From positions 1 through 64,000 of the forward strand of contig JAQBUT010000012.1 of assembly GCA_027623195.1 (NCBI GenBank): 64,000 nucleotides of DNA, read 5' to 3'. The stretch is from Chloroflexota bacterium (GTDB lineage: Bacteria; Chloroflexota; Dehalococcoidia; Lucifugimonadales; JADFKI01). The stretch's first letter is position 1, and each line of letters starts with the position of its first letter. Positions 7,586 through 17,164 of this stretch are shown one piece after another. A program made the position numbers and the translations under genes. The notes under the pieces are model-generated. The model was not told the DNA's origin. It did not search any database and saw nothing but the letters and a program-made list of their open reading frames with translations.

Positions 7586-8368
7586 TCATACCTGCGATGT
7601 GACTTCGCCGGCGATGGCGGTGAAGGTGGAGCCGTCGGCCAGCCGAAGTATCAGGTTGCCCTGCTCGTCCACGCCCTCCGCCATACCCTCGACGACCCTT
7701 TCCTGCCATGCCAGACGGACCGACTTTCCCAGGGTGTCCAGTTGCTGTTCCCATAAGTGAACGAGCGACTGGCCTTCGCGGACCGAGGCGTACAGATCGT
7801 CGAATACTTCCAATAATAGCTGCAACACCGTAGTCCGATTGTGGAACCGCGAGGTCTCCCTGAAAAGGCTCGTTGAAATATCAGCGATCTCCTCGTGTTT
7901 TGACGGGTCGAAGTTGACGTTCAGCCCTATGCCTACCACGGCGTGATTGGCTTCACTCTCCGTGATTGCGGTCTCGATTAAGATTCCTGATATCTTGAGG
8001 CCCCCCACGCGCACGTCGTTAGGCCATTTTATGGTCGGGGCCAGCCCGGCCACATCGGCGACGGTCCTGGCCACGGCCAAGGTCGCTGCCATGTTCATGT
8101 AAGGAAGCTGTTCGGCTTTCGGCCTAAGCAGCACGGAGAAGGACAGGTTCAGCCCACGAGGCGATATCCATGCCCGACTAAACCTACCTCGACCCGCCGT
8201 CTGCTCTTCAGCGATGACTACCGTGCCCTCTTTCGAACCCGCCTCTGCAAGCTTCCGGGTCTCGTCCATTGTGGAGTCCAGGGTATCGTGGTAATGAATT
8301 CGGTGGCCGATAATCCTGCCTGCCAAGGCCTGTTCCAAAAAGGGAACGTCAAGATCGGAAGGTGTCAT
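7586..8368 (-). CDS. birA: Biotin--[acetyl-CoA-carboxylase] ligase (no N-terminal HTH)
   Basis: STMD, QTAGRGR, KWPND, KISGIL and GIGLNV motifs. Confidence 0.93.
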   Translation of the reverse strand: MTPSDLDVPFLEQALAGRIIGHRIHYHDTLDSTMDETRKLAEAGSKEGTVVIAEEQTAGRGRFSRAWISPRGLNLSFSVLLRPKAEQLPYMNMAATLAVARTVADVAGLAPTIKWPNDVRVGGLKISGILIETAITESEANHAVVGIGLNVNFDPSKHEEIADISTSLFRETSRFHNRTTVLQLLLEVFDDLYASVREGQSLVHLWEQQLDTLGKSVRLAWQERVVEGMAEGVDEQGNLILRLADGSTFTAIAGEVTSQV

Positions 8369-8418
8369 ACCCTCTCACCCCCCTCTTCATCCTGACCACT
8401 TTTGTACCTCGGCCCGTC

Positions 8419-9360
8419 TTATTCCGACCTCAACTCGTCAAGATCTTCCTTTGAGATACGGACCTCGATGTTACCTGCCCGTTCCTCTTGAAGGAGCATG
8501 GTGGAGCGGGAGTCACGATGGCCCCAGCCTCTATTAAGGGCAGCCGTCATCTCCGCGAATGCGACATTGGCCACGTTCATGGGGACGCCGAATTCCCTGC
8601 CCAATTCCAGCGCCAGCCCTACGTCTTTGTGTGCCAGGTTCAGGGCGAAATTAGGTGGGTCGAATTTACCCTGAAGGTAGGTATCCGGCAGCGAGTTGCG
8701 GAGGGTCCTGCCCCGGCCGACGCTGCCATTCATTATGGCCTCCATCAGGTCCTTGGGCTCCACGCCTGCTTTCACACCCAGGGTCAGGCACTCGGCGATG
8801 ACAGTCTGAAGACCGTAGCCAATTGTGTTATGCATCAGCTTGCATATGCTTCCCGCCCCAATACCACCTGCGTAGGTGGGCTTGTCTCCTATAGCGTCCA
8901 GCAGAGGCTTGCAGCGATCGAATATGGCGCGGTCGCCGCCGACCATAACGGCAAGCTTCCCCGAGTTGGCGCCTATTGGCCCGCCGCTGACAGGTGCGTC
9001 CAATACGTGCACGCCCTTATCCGCGAAAATGGGGGATATTCGCCGTATTAGCGTTGGTGAACTGGTGCTGAGGTCGATGTAAACGGAGTCGGGACGCATG
9101 CCCTCCAGGACACCGCCCTCACCCAGCGCGACGGCCTCAACCTCACGCGGACCCGGAAGCGAGGTGAAGACCACGTCGCACATCGCCGCAAGCTCCGCCG
9201 GGGTGTCGGCCCAGTCGGCCCCGTTTTCTAGTAGAGAGGTCGCGGCCTCCCGGTTCAAGTCATGAACTGTCAGACTGAACCCTGCCTTAAGAATGTTGGC
9301 GGACATGCCGCCACCCATATTTCCCAGTCCAATGAAACCTACCTTAATGTCGTCTGGCAT
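8419..9360 (-). CDS. 3-hydroxyisobutyrate/tartronate-semialdehyde dehydrogenase family oxidoreductase
   Basis: [16 protein letters not shown] and KLMHN motifs; start set at MPDDIK after an AGGAG RBS. Confidence 0.9.
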   Translation of the reverse strand: MPDDIKVGFIGLGNMGGGMSANILKAGFSLTVHDLNREAATSLLENGADWADTPAELAAMCDVVFTSLPGPREVEAVALGEGGVLEGMRPDSVYIDLSTSSPTLIRRISPIFADKGVHVLDAPVSGGPIGANSGKLAVMVGGDRAIFDRCKPLLDAIGDKPTYAGGIGAGSICKLMHNTIGYGLQTVIAECLTLGVKAGVEPKDLMEAIMNGSVGRGRTLRNSLPDTYLQGKFDPPNFALNLAHKDVGLALELGREFGVPMNVANVAFAEMTAALNRGWGHRDSRSTMLLQEERAGNIEVRISKEDLDELRSE

Positions 9361-9499
9361 TATCTTGTCTCCTGTGTATTCGGTAGCATCGGCGTTATTT
9401 ACTGCCATGGATGACTCGTCCCTGGGCAGTTTACTCGGGGCAAATGTTACCACAGAAGGGGTTGTGCAACCCGCCTGTTTCGGCCTTGGAGGTGCAGGG

Positions 9500-9955
9500 T
9501 TACGCGGAGAGTCGGGTCAGGCCCAGGCGTAGCAAGATAGCCGTAAGCAAGGCTCCGATCATCCCGCCGTAGAAGCCAGAGTCCAGCCACCAGTCGTCTG
9601 GCTGGTCGGTCAACATGATGACGACGAAAACGAGCGCCCCGACGAGGACTGTGGCGAAGACGGCTATGGAACTCTTGTATGCCCGATCAATGTCGACTGG
9701 GTTGGGTTCTTCCTCCGGGTCACGCAGCGCCGTGAAGGAGACGAAAGCGCAGTAGAGGAGTGCGGCCGACAGCACGGCAATCAACGGGAAGTAGGTTGTC
9801 AGCAGGCCGATAGAGCCCCATGCCTCCACTGTGAAGCCGCCGCCACCGGACGAGGAGTACCAACCGGCGAAGTCGGTGGCCAGCAGCAAAACCGCGCCGA
9901 CAACGGAGGTGATTAAAGACCCAACGAAGAATGGGGATGCAGGGTTGCTGTTCAT
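9500..9955 (-). CDS. Hypothetical membrane protein (about 4 TM)
   Basis: Four hydrophobic segments; GGAGG RBS before ATG 9955. Confidence 0.7.
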   Translation of the reverse strand: MNSNPASPFFVGSLITSVVGAVLLLATDFAGWYSSSGGGGFTVEAWGSIGLLTTYFPLIAVLSAALLYCAFVSFTALRDPEEEPNPVDIDRAYKSSIAVFATVLVGALVFVVIMLTDQPDDWWLDSGFYGGMIGALLTAILLRLGLTRLSA

Positions 9956-10147
9956 GATTGGCCTCCGCGAGCTTCTGTAAAGCAAGGCCATATTACATGA
10001 TGCTGAATGGAAGGCAACCTTCTCCTCTTGCCACCGCTCAAGTTGCCTCCACCCGGCTAATACGGTATCCTACCGTACTGAAAGACTGTTCTTAAATCGA
10101 TCTTGAAATGCATGTCGTGAGAAATAAATCTGGTGGAGGAGTTCTGA

Positions 10148-11785
10148 ATGAACACAATGCAGGCCATCGCGCGGATTCTGAAGATGGAGGGTGTGGAATA
10201 CATTACCTGTTTCCCCTCCAATAACCTCATCGAAGAGATTGCCAAAGAGGGCATTCGCACTATCATGTTCAGGCAGGAGCGCGGCGCCATCATGGCAGCC
10301 GACGCCCTCAGCCGCCTGAGCCATCGAAAGAAGTTCGGCGTTATCGTCACCCAGGGCGGACCTGGCTCCGAGAACTCCATGGGCGGTCTAGCCCAGGCGT
10401 TTGCAGACAACATTCCGGTACTGTACCTGCCGGGCGGTCCTGCGCTGAACGCTCGCTCGGTGAGGCCCAGCTTCTCGCCGGCACGCACGTACGAATCTGT
10501 GTCCAAGTACGCTGAAGTTATTTACACACCTGACTCGATTTCCAGTGTAATGCGGCGGGCATTCCACCAGCTGCGAAACGGTCGGGGCGGCCCTGTGACC
10601 ATCGAGCTTCCCGCAGACGTTGCAACTATGGAGGTCTCGGAAGGGGCGCTTAACTACCAGCCGCCCAAGAGGCACATCCAATCTCCTGATATCAAAGACG
10701 TTAAGGAGGCTGTGAAGCTGCTGTTAGGTGCCACTAAGCCCGTTATCTGGTCCGGCATGGGCGTGCTCATGTCCGAGTCCAGCGCGGAGTTGACCGAATT
10801 CGCAGAGCTGACGGAGATTCCAGTCTACTGCACTATGCCTGGCAAGTCGGGCTTCGACGATCGGCATCCTTTGGCGCTGGGCGCGGGAAGCTCAGCCACA
10901 TCCTTGCAGGCCCGTACCTGGTTGCAGGAGTCGGACGTGCTGCTGGGACTTGGTACCAGCCTTACCCGGACTGGCTACGGACAGCCAATTCCCGATGGCA
11001 AGGTGATGATTCACAATACCGAAAGCATTGAGGACATAAACAAGGATTTCGCAGCGGATGTTGGTCTGCCGGGCGACACCAAGCTCACGCTTCAGATGCT
11101 CATTGCTGAGGTCAAGGCGCAGTTGGGCGAGAACGGTCGTAAGGGCCAGACAGATGTAGCCGCCGAGATCGCTGAAATCAACGAGAAATGGATGGCCAAT
11201 TGGACGGACGCACTGGCCTCTGATGAGAGCCCCATCAGCCATTACAGGGTAATTGGTGAGTTGGAACGAGTGCTGGACCACGAGAACAGCATCGTGACCC
11301 ACGACGCCGGTGCGCCTCGCGACACCATGATGCCGTTCTACAAAGGGACCACACCCCACAGCTACATGGGCTGGGGCAAGACGACACACCTGGGATACGG
11401 CATACCTCTGATGATTGGCGCGAAGCTTGCCAGGCCGGACAAGTTCTGCCTGAACTTCATGGGTGACGGCGCTTTTGGCATGGCTGGTCTGGACATCATG
11501 ACTTCTGTCAAGGAAGGTGCCGCAATCACGACCATTGTTCTGAACAACGGTGGCATGGCTACTTATCCGGGTGGTTACCCCACTGCGCGAGAGCTTTTCG
11601 GGACCACGGAGATGATAGGCGACTACGCCAAGATCGCCGAGGGCATGGGAGCAGTGGGCATAACAGTTACGGAGCCGGGTCAGGTTGCTGATGCTATCAG
11701 GCAGGCGCAGAAGTTAAACGCCGAGGGCAGGACCGTGCTGTTAGACATACACACTAATCTGGAGGCCAAACGTTCTTCGTATTAA
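10148..11785 (+). CDS. Thiamine pyrophosphate-dependent enzyme (acetolactate synthase large subunit-like)
   Basis: RQERGA catalytic Glu, GGPG, and the GDGAFGM...NNG TPP motif. Confidence 0.92.
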   Translation: MNTMQAIARILKMEGVEYITCFPSNNLIEEIAKEGIRTIMFRQERGAIMAADALSRLSHRKKFGVIVTQGGPGSENSMGGLAQAFADNIPVLYLPGGPALNARSVRPSFSPARTYESVSKYAEVIYTPDSISSVMRRAFHQLRNGRGGPVTIELPADVATMEVSEGALNYQPPKRHIQSPDIKDVKEAVKLLLGATKPVIWSGMGVLMSESSAELTEFAELTEIPVYCTMPGKSGFDDRHPLALGAGSSATSLQARTWLQESDVLLGLGTSLTRTGYGQPIPDGKVMIHNTESIEDINKDFAADVGLPGDTKLTLQMLIAEVKAQLGENGRKGQTDVAAEIAEINEKWMANWTDALASDESPISHYRVIGELERVLDHENSIVTHDAGAPRDTMMPFYKGTTPHSYMGWGKTTHLGYGIPLMIGAKLARPDKFCLNFMGDGAFGMAGLDIMTSVKEGAAITTIVLNNGGMATYPGGYPTARELFGTTEMIGDYAKIAEGMGAVGITVTEPGQVADAIRQAQKLNAEGRTVLLDIHTNLEAKRSSY

Positions 11786-11819
11786 CTCAAGAGAAGTTAA
11801 ATACGTAGACCTAGATAGT

Positions 11820-11852
11820 AAAAAGAGGCGGCCATTTGGCCGCCTCTTTTTT
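11820..11852. terminator. Bidirectional intrinsic terminator
   Basis: AAAAAGAGGCGGCCA-TT-TGGCCGCCTCTTTTTT between convergent genes. Confidence 0.9.
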
Positions 11853-11880
11853 AGTTACATTTTGGTTGGGAAATATGTGG

Positions 11881-12201
11881 CTAAGATTCGTTATCTAACG
11901 TTCGGCTCATGTTTCTGGAAATCATCCAGAGCGCCATGCCCAGGGCCGCTGCGGCGATCCACAAGGGAATGATGAGTTCTGGGTAGGCGTTCAGGAACCC
12001 AACTGGCATAACGACGGCTGCGCTAGCGGGTACCATGGCTACAAGGGTTAGCCCCACGCGCCTAAGCACACGCATGGAAGCGACTCTTTGCTCATGCGCC
12101 CAGGCAATATCCGTTCCGCACATAGAACATGAGGCAAAGTTTATTTGTAAGTGGTATCCGCATATTGGGCAAGAGTTCTCGTTAGCAGGTGGCATCGGCA
12201 A
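11881..12201 (-). CDS. Double zinc-ribbon / 2-TM membrane protein
   Basis: CPIC and CSMC motifs followed by two hydrophobic helices. Confidence 0.7.
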   Translation of the reverse strand: MPMPPANENSCPICGYHLQINFASCSMCGTDIAWAHEQRVASMRVLRRVGLTLVAMVPASAAVVMPVGFLNAYPELIIPLWIAAAALGMALWMISRNMSRTLDNES

Positions 12202-12367
12202 TTCTCACGTTCGAAAGGTGAACAGGGCCTAAATAGAAAGGTAACGGGTATGTGTATCCGATGACAATGCCTTAGCGTTCGAATTAAGCCTTGGTCGAGC
12301 CAATATTCTCATGGGGCTCTGTTTTGTGGTGGAAATCAGCGGGCTGCTATGTCTCGGACAGAAGCGC

Positions 12368-12766
12368 CTACTGGTTCGTTTCCTGCAATATCAGCCAGTT
12401 CTCACTGGCCTCTGCCTGGAATTGGCGTTGCTCAGTGGGCCAGTTGGACTTTAAGTATGCCAAGACGTCCAGTACCTCTTTTTCGCTGAGCTTTCCCTCG
12501 AAAGACGGCATGGTCCTACCGGGGAATTGCAGCCTACCAAAAATGATTTGGACTAACTGCCCATCAGCATGGTGCCATGAATGGCCCTCAGGTCCACGCG
12601 TTGGAGTGCTGGGGGATGCCTGCTGGCCCGTCGCAGCTTCTCCGTGGCAGGTCTGGCAGTTCGCGGCGTAGATGGATGCGCCTCGTTCGGGGTCTGAACG
12701 CTCGCTCTCACTGTTTCCGGAGCAGGCGGCCAAGGCCATTAGGAGGATGGCGGCCCCTAAGAGCAA
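12368..12766 (-). CDS. Monoheme cytochrome c lipoprotein (start uncertain)
   Basis: LAAC lipobox, CQTCH heme motif, WHH and distal MPSF; GGAGG before TTG 12766. Confidence 0.8.
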   Translation of the reverse strand: MLLGAAILLMALAACSGNSESERSDPERGASIYAANCQTCHGEAATGQQASPSTPTRGPEGHSWHHADGQLVQIIFGRLQFPGRTMPSFEGKLSEKEVLDVLAYLKSNWPTEQRQFQAEASENWLILQETNQ

Positions 12767-12839
12767 GAGGCAGTACCTCCGGAATGTGATACTGGAAAGC
12801 CGTATTGGGTAACCTCGGCACTGGCATCCTGCTTCAGTC

Positions 12840-13082
12840 ACTTTTGATTCGCACCGCGGCCCCTTGAATACGTTGAACTCGTCCAGTGTCAATTCTCCTT
12901 CAGGTAGACGCATTGGGACGATCCCCAGATGCGTGTCCAGCTCTGTCCGGTGTTCTCTTTAAGGCCTAGACAGCCTGTTTACTGCTCATTCGACCAGCGC
13001 GAATATTGTGCCCGCAGAAGAAAATCATCTACAAACCGCCGAACAGCATCCCTAAGCTGAATCCGTCGCTGATCCCCGGCAT
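12840..13082 (-). pseudogene. Degenerate SHOCT-domain membrane protein gene
   Basis: MPGISDGFSLGMLFGGL*MIFF / GTIFALVE*AVNRLSRP*...HLGIVPMRLPEGELTLDEFNVFK; stops at 13029, 12986 and 12959 plus one frameshift; the tail matches the SHOCT R-x-x-x-GE-I/L-x-x-x-EF pattern. Confidence 0.55.
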
Positions 13083-13095
13083 TACGGTTTCACCC

Positions 13096-14242
13096 CTAGT
13101 GACTATGCCCGTCGTCAGGGTGCTCTTCCTCTACGGTTTGGTCTACTACCTCCTCGTTCGCTTCCTCGTGGAGGTGGCCATTGGTTTCGTCGTGCGTGTC
13201 GATCATCTCGTGCGGGTGTATGTCTTCTTCGTGTATGTCGGCAACGGTGCCTTCAGGTGTGGCTTCGGCCTCGTTTGCGTGTTCGTCGGCTTCGTTGTGC
13301 GCATCGACAACCTCGTGCGCGTGCATGTCCTCTTCGTGAGGCTCCTCCATAGCTTCGTCATGGCCCGATTCTCCGTGGTCATCGGCCATATAATCATCAC
13401 CCAGTAGCATTACCATTGTCTCGTTGGCGTTGTCCAGGTCGCCGTTCGTCAGCGCCATGAGAAGGTGTTGAGCCGGCTCATGGTTCACCTCGGATGTAAC
13501 CTCTGCAAAATGCTCAACTTGGTGGACCACATTTGTCAGGTCATCAGCCTTTAATGACGAGAGGGCAAGGCGCATGTGCATCGTAGGTAGATCTATTTCA
13601 GCCTCATCGAGGCCAGCCAGCATTTCCTCGATAATGTGCTCCGCTTCATGGACTTCACCTTCGGACAAAAGGTCCTTGCTTTGCTCCATCATGCGAAGAT
13701 GTTGACCTTCCGTTGCGTCCAATATGTGGTCTAAATGGTGGGACCCGTCGTGAATATCTCCCGCCTCGAGGGCGAATAATGCCATCCAGTGATGCATCAG
13801 GAGGTCGTCACCGGACATGCCAGCGCGAGCGTGAGCATGACCTCCTTCCAAGCCACCGATGTATTCGGCTAGTTCTTGCAAGTCCTCGTTAGAAATTTTC
13901 TCGGGGGGGGAAAACAGTCATCGTCCCTATGGGGGCCCTGACCTGCCTTTTGACTTGAGCTATGGAATGGCCTGCCAACCCCGGCGCGAAGTCAGTGCCT
14001 TGCGCCTCCTCTCCATGGCAGGCAGCGCATCCAGCCGTAGCAAAAACCTCCTGGCCATCAAGCAGATGTCCTATTTCGGATGCCTGGTGCCCAGACTCCT
14101 CTACCGGCTCGGCGGTGACTGTTGGAGGAGGTAGTAATTTAGTTCCTGCCGTCGGTGGTGCCGTTGGCGGTAGGTCAACCTGACAGGCCATGGCTATCAG
14201 GCTTAAGGCGATTGCGGATGCAACGAACCTGCGTAATTTCAT
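13096..14242 (-). pseudogene. Cytochrome c lipoprotein with His/Glu-rich C-terminal domain, frameshifted at a C8 tract
   Basis: Lipobox IAMAC and CAACH in the 5' ORF; deleting one C from the G8 run at 13903-13910 (plus strand) gives MTVFPPEKISNEDLQELAEYI, fusing both ORFs into a normal cytochrome c C-terminal helix. Confidence 0.75.
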
Positions 14243-14340
14243 GAGAAGTCTCCTATTTGCGTATTGATCCGTCCAGGGATTGCCTTTTTGAAAACAGAGG
14301 GTTGAACAGACTAATTTGTAAAAAGAATACACGAGTTAGT

Positions 14341-14388
14341 GTGAGGAAACCGTGAGACGTGAGTACCGTGCGTGAAATTTTTGTGAAA
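14341..14388 (-). promoter_or_regulatory. OmpR-family-like direct repeats upstream of the His-rich cytochrome gene
   Basis: TTCAC-N6-TTCAC (14372/14383) and CTCAC-N6-CTCAC (14341/14352) on the minus strand, 11-bp period. Confidence 0.4.
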
Positions 14389-14451
14389 AATTACGCAATA
14401 CTTGGCTTTGCCTACCGACCATGGCGGGTGGCTTCGGATGCCAAAGGGAGA

Positions 14452-15120
14452 CTAATTTAGAGGACGGAAGTCCTCGAGGTTTTGCCCTTCTATTGGTCCG
14501 GAGGGGGCGATTCCCGCAACCAGTTCATCTAGCCAAGGGGTTATCTGTGACTGACGAACCCCTCCAACCCAACGCCTGGCCACAACGCCGTCCCTGTCAA
14601 CCAGGAACGTTACAGGTATGCCTATTACTCCATAGTCGATGCTGATTCTACCGTCTGCGTCCATGCCGTTAGGGTAGGAGACGCCGAATTCGCTTATGAA
14701 TGCTCGGGCGTCTTTTTCGCTGTCCTGAATATCAACTCCCACGAATACAACATCGCTATCACCGTAGGTCTGCCAAAGTCTTTCCAGCACGGTGGCCTCC
14801 TGCCGGCAAGGTCCACACCAGGATGCCCAGAAGTTGATTACCACTGGCTTTCCTTGTAGTTCTTGCAGATCAAATCGCTGTCCGTTGAACGTCGTAAACG
14901 CCATTGGTGGCGCCGGTTTGCCGATCCTGGTGACGCCGCTTCGTCCCGTGACGGGGGACCGATTAGCCAATCCAATCCCCAGGACCACCATTAGTCCGAG
15001 TATGAGCGACGCAGATGCTACGATAGCGATAATCTTGCTTGATGAGCCGAGGCCAGAGGCGTTGCCTGGCTCTACGGTATCGTCGGGGTCACTTGGAGAC
15101 GATTCGTCAGTAAGGTCCAC
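14452..15120 (-). CDS. TlpA/ResA-like membrane-anchored thiol-disulfide reductase
   Basis: N-terminal TM, NFWASWCGPC, and a GIPVT cis-Pro loop. Confidence 0.92.
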   Translation of the reverse strand: MDLTDESSPSDPDDTVEPGNASGLGSSSKIIAIVASASLILGLMVVLGIGLANRSPVTGRSGVTRIGKPAPPMAFTTFNGQRFDLQELQGKPVVINFWASWCGPCRQEATVLERLWQTYGDSDVVFVGVDIQDSEKDARAFISEFGVSYPNGMDADGRISIDYGVIGIPVTFLVDRDGVVARRWVGGVRQSQITPWLDELVAGIAPSGPIEGQNLEDFRPLN

Positions 15121-15147
15121 CGGATAAGGCTCCGTTCGTTGTCGACT

Positions 15148-15828
15148 TTATTGCGTGGAACTTTGATCACGCAGCATGGATGAGGCCACTTGAATAAGGT
15201 CGGCCTCGGATATCAGATCGCCGGTATCGCCAGGGATGGACTGTATGGCGACGCCTACGACCTCGGACTGATCAGTTTCGCAATCAAAGTATATGGTCAG
15301 CGACCGTAGGTAGTCCCACATGGCGTCCGCTGGATTTATGCCAGGGCCGGCCAGAATCGTTCGTTCGGACCAACTGCCACGCATTACATTGCCGACGGAC
15401 CCACCGATGTTCACTTCTGATATCGCATCGGCAGGCTGTAGCAGTCTCAATTCCACCATTGTTGGACTACCCTGTTTATAGAACGTTACTGGGTAAGCAA
15501 TCAGCATGATTCCCTGGCCGTTGCGGTATACCAGGTTAGCCCTTTGGCGCCTGTCCAGAGACGCGCTGGAGTGCTCAAATCCCTCGGGAATAAACGTCGG
15601 CTCAAAGGCGTAACCAAGCGATGCCGAGATGCTCTTCAAATCGTGAAGCTCCAGTTCTGTATTGCAGGCGGCGTTGGTTGGCTTTGTAGTCTCAACCTGT
15701 TTGGTCGGCTGGGGTTGAGGCTCGGGTGAGCAGGCTACGAAAATTGATATTAGACCGATGAGTGCAATGACCACCCACCGTGCGGCCTGCGTTCGAACAG
15801 CTTGAAGTCTCATAGCATCGGATTCCAA
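15148..15828 (-). CDS. Hypothetical lipoprotein
   Basis: Hydrophobic leader ending FVAC, then a Pro/Thr/Gln linker; ends with an LIQVASSM helix. Confidence 0.7.
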   Translation of the reverse strand: MESDAMRLQAVRTQAARWVVIALIGLISIFVACSPEPQPQPTKQVETTKPTNAACNTELELHDLKSISASLGYAFEPTFIPEGFEHSSASLDRRQRANLVYRNGQGIMLIAYPVTFYKQGSPTMVELRLLQPADAISEVNIGGSVGNVMRGSWSERTILAGPGINPADAMWDYLRSLTIYFDCETDQSEVVGVAIQSIPGDTGDLISEADLIQVASSMLRDQSSTQ

Positions 15829-15835
15829 CTCAGTC

Positions 15836-16027
15836 TCACTGGAAATAGAATCCTGGTTCTTCGTCCATAGAAGGCAAGTCGTTCTTCAGCCGGGCGATGT
15901 TGGCTGCGGTCGAATCAATTGCGGCCCGCAACTCAGCTGCCCTTTCGTGGCCCCACAGTTGCAGGGCATGGTCTCCCAGGGTTTTAACGATGCGCTCGGT
16001 CTCAATCTTTATTTGCGATTCAGGCAT
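15836..16027 (-). CDS. Small hypothetical protein
   Basis: AAGGAG RBS before ATG 16027; helical, ends DEEPGFYFQ. Confidence 0.6.
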   Translation of the reverse strand: MPESQIKIETERIVKTLGDHALQLWGHERAAELRAAIDSTAANIARLKNDLPSMDEEPGFYFQ

Positions 16028-16237
16028 GACAATCTCCTTTACTCGCTGCTCCGGGTGAGTAGTAACCTTAACTGATGTGCTTCGTTTTAGCACCTGAACT
16101 GAGATTACGGAAGGTGGATTTGGCTGTCAAGGTTTGGGCTGGCGAAGGGAACAATGAAAGGTGTGTCAGGCCGACGAAAGGCAGTCAGCCAAGGCATGCA
16201 TGGCGGTTTTGCAACAATAGGAAGATGTGGATTTCAA

Positions 16238-16266
16238 TTGACACTCATTTTATGGGGTGCGATAAT
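16238..16266 (+). promoter_or_regulatory. sigma70 promoter of the rpmH operon
   Basis: TTGACA-17 bp-GATAAT. Confidence 0.7.
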
Positions 16267-16367
16267 CTTGCCAGCGAATAAATGACACAAAATAACATGG
16301 TCGTCCATTGGGCCTGATGTGTGAATAAAATGCACGGGGTGGAGACGACGGGACGTAAGTTAGACAA

Positions 16368-16511
16368 ATGCCAAAGCGAACCTATCAACCACGAAAAAGA
16401 CGCCGAGCCCGAGTGCACGGGTTCCGGTCCCGTATGAGTTCCAAAAATGGACGCAATGTTCTCAAGCGTCGTATGTTTAAGGGTCGGCAGCGTCTCACTG
16501 TTGCGGACTAG
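16368..16511 (+). CDS. rpmH: 50S ribosomal protein L34 (absent from the ORF track)
   Basis: Translates [47 protein letters not shown]; directly upstream of rnpA. Confidence 0.97.
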   Translation: MPKRTYQPRKRRRARVHGFRSRMSSKNGRNVLKRRMFKGRQRLTVAD

Positions 16512-16536
16512 ATTCCGGCCTTGCATCTGACGGCCT

Positions 16537-16896
16537 ATGCGAAAGGAACAGCGCCTTCGAAGGGCGAAGGATTTCGCGGCTGTGCGCCACGAAGGTCGGA
16601 GTTGGGCTGAAAAGCTCCTTGTTTTGGCCATCCGACGTAATGGTCTAGAGGTAACTCGATTCGGGTTCATCATAGGGAAGCGGGTCGGGAACGCCGTATT
16701 AAGGAATAAGATCAAGCGGAGACTGCGAGAAATATCTCGCCTCGCCGATGTTCAGGAGGGGTGGGACGTAGTCTTCATAGCACGAAGTGGCGCCTCCTCC
16801 GCCGATTATCAGACGCTAAATAGATCCGCCGTGGAGCTTTTCAGGCGGGCCAAATTGTTGAATGAGTCGAGCCAAGCCGCTGAACGGCATGAATAG
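16537..16896 (+). CDS. rnpA: Ribonuclease P protein component
   Basis: RFGFIIGKRVGNAVLRNKIKRRLRE (RNR motif). Confidence 0.96.
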   Translation: MRKEQRLRRAKDFAAVRHEGRSWAEKLLVLAIRRNGLEVTRFGFIIGKRVGNAVLRNKIKRRLREISRLADVQEGWDVVFIARSGASSADYQTLNRSAVELFRRAKLLNESSQAAERHE

Positions 16897-16904
16897 GTGA
16901 AGTC

Positions 16905-17117
16905 ATGAGAGGGCTGGCTCTGGCTGCGATCAGGTTTTACCAAGTGGCGATTTCGCCTTATATCGCTGCGGGGGCCTGTCGCCACGATCCTACATGTTCC
17001 AGATATACCCAGCAGGCGATCATAAAGCATGGAGTGCTTAAAGGCTCTTGGATTGGCACCAAGCGATTGGCAAGGTGTCGGCCCGGGGGTACGCACGGTT
17101 ATGACCCAGTCCCTTGA
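16905..17117 (+). CDS. yidD: Membrane protein insertion efficiency factor
   Basis: YQVAISP..CRHDPTCS.Y...RCRP..GYDPVP. Confidence 0.95.
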   Translation: MRGLALAAIRFYQVAISPYIAAGACRHDPTCSRYTQQAIIKHGVLKGSWIGTKRLARCRPGGTHGYDPVP

Positions 17118-17164
17118 ATCTTTTGACGCCCCAGCGCGTTTGCCTGCCTTTCCGAAAGAAATTA

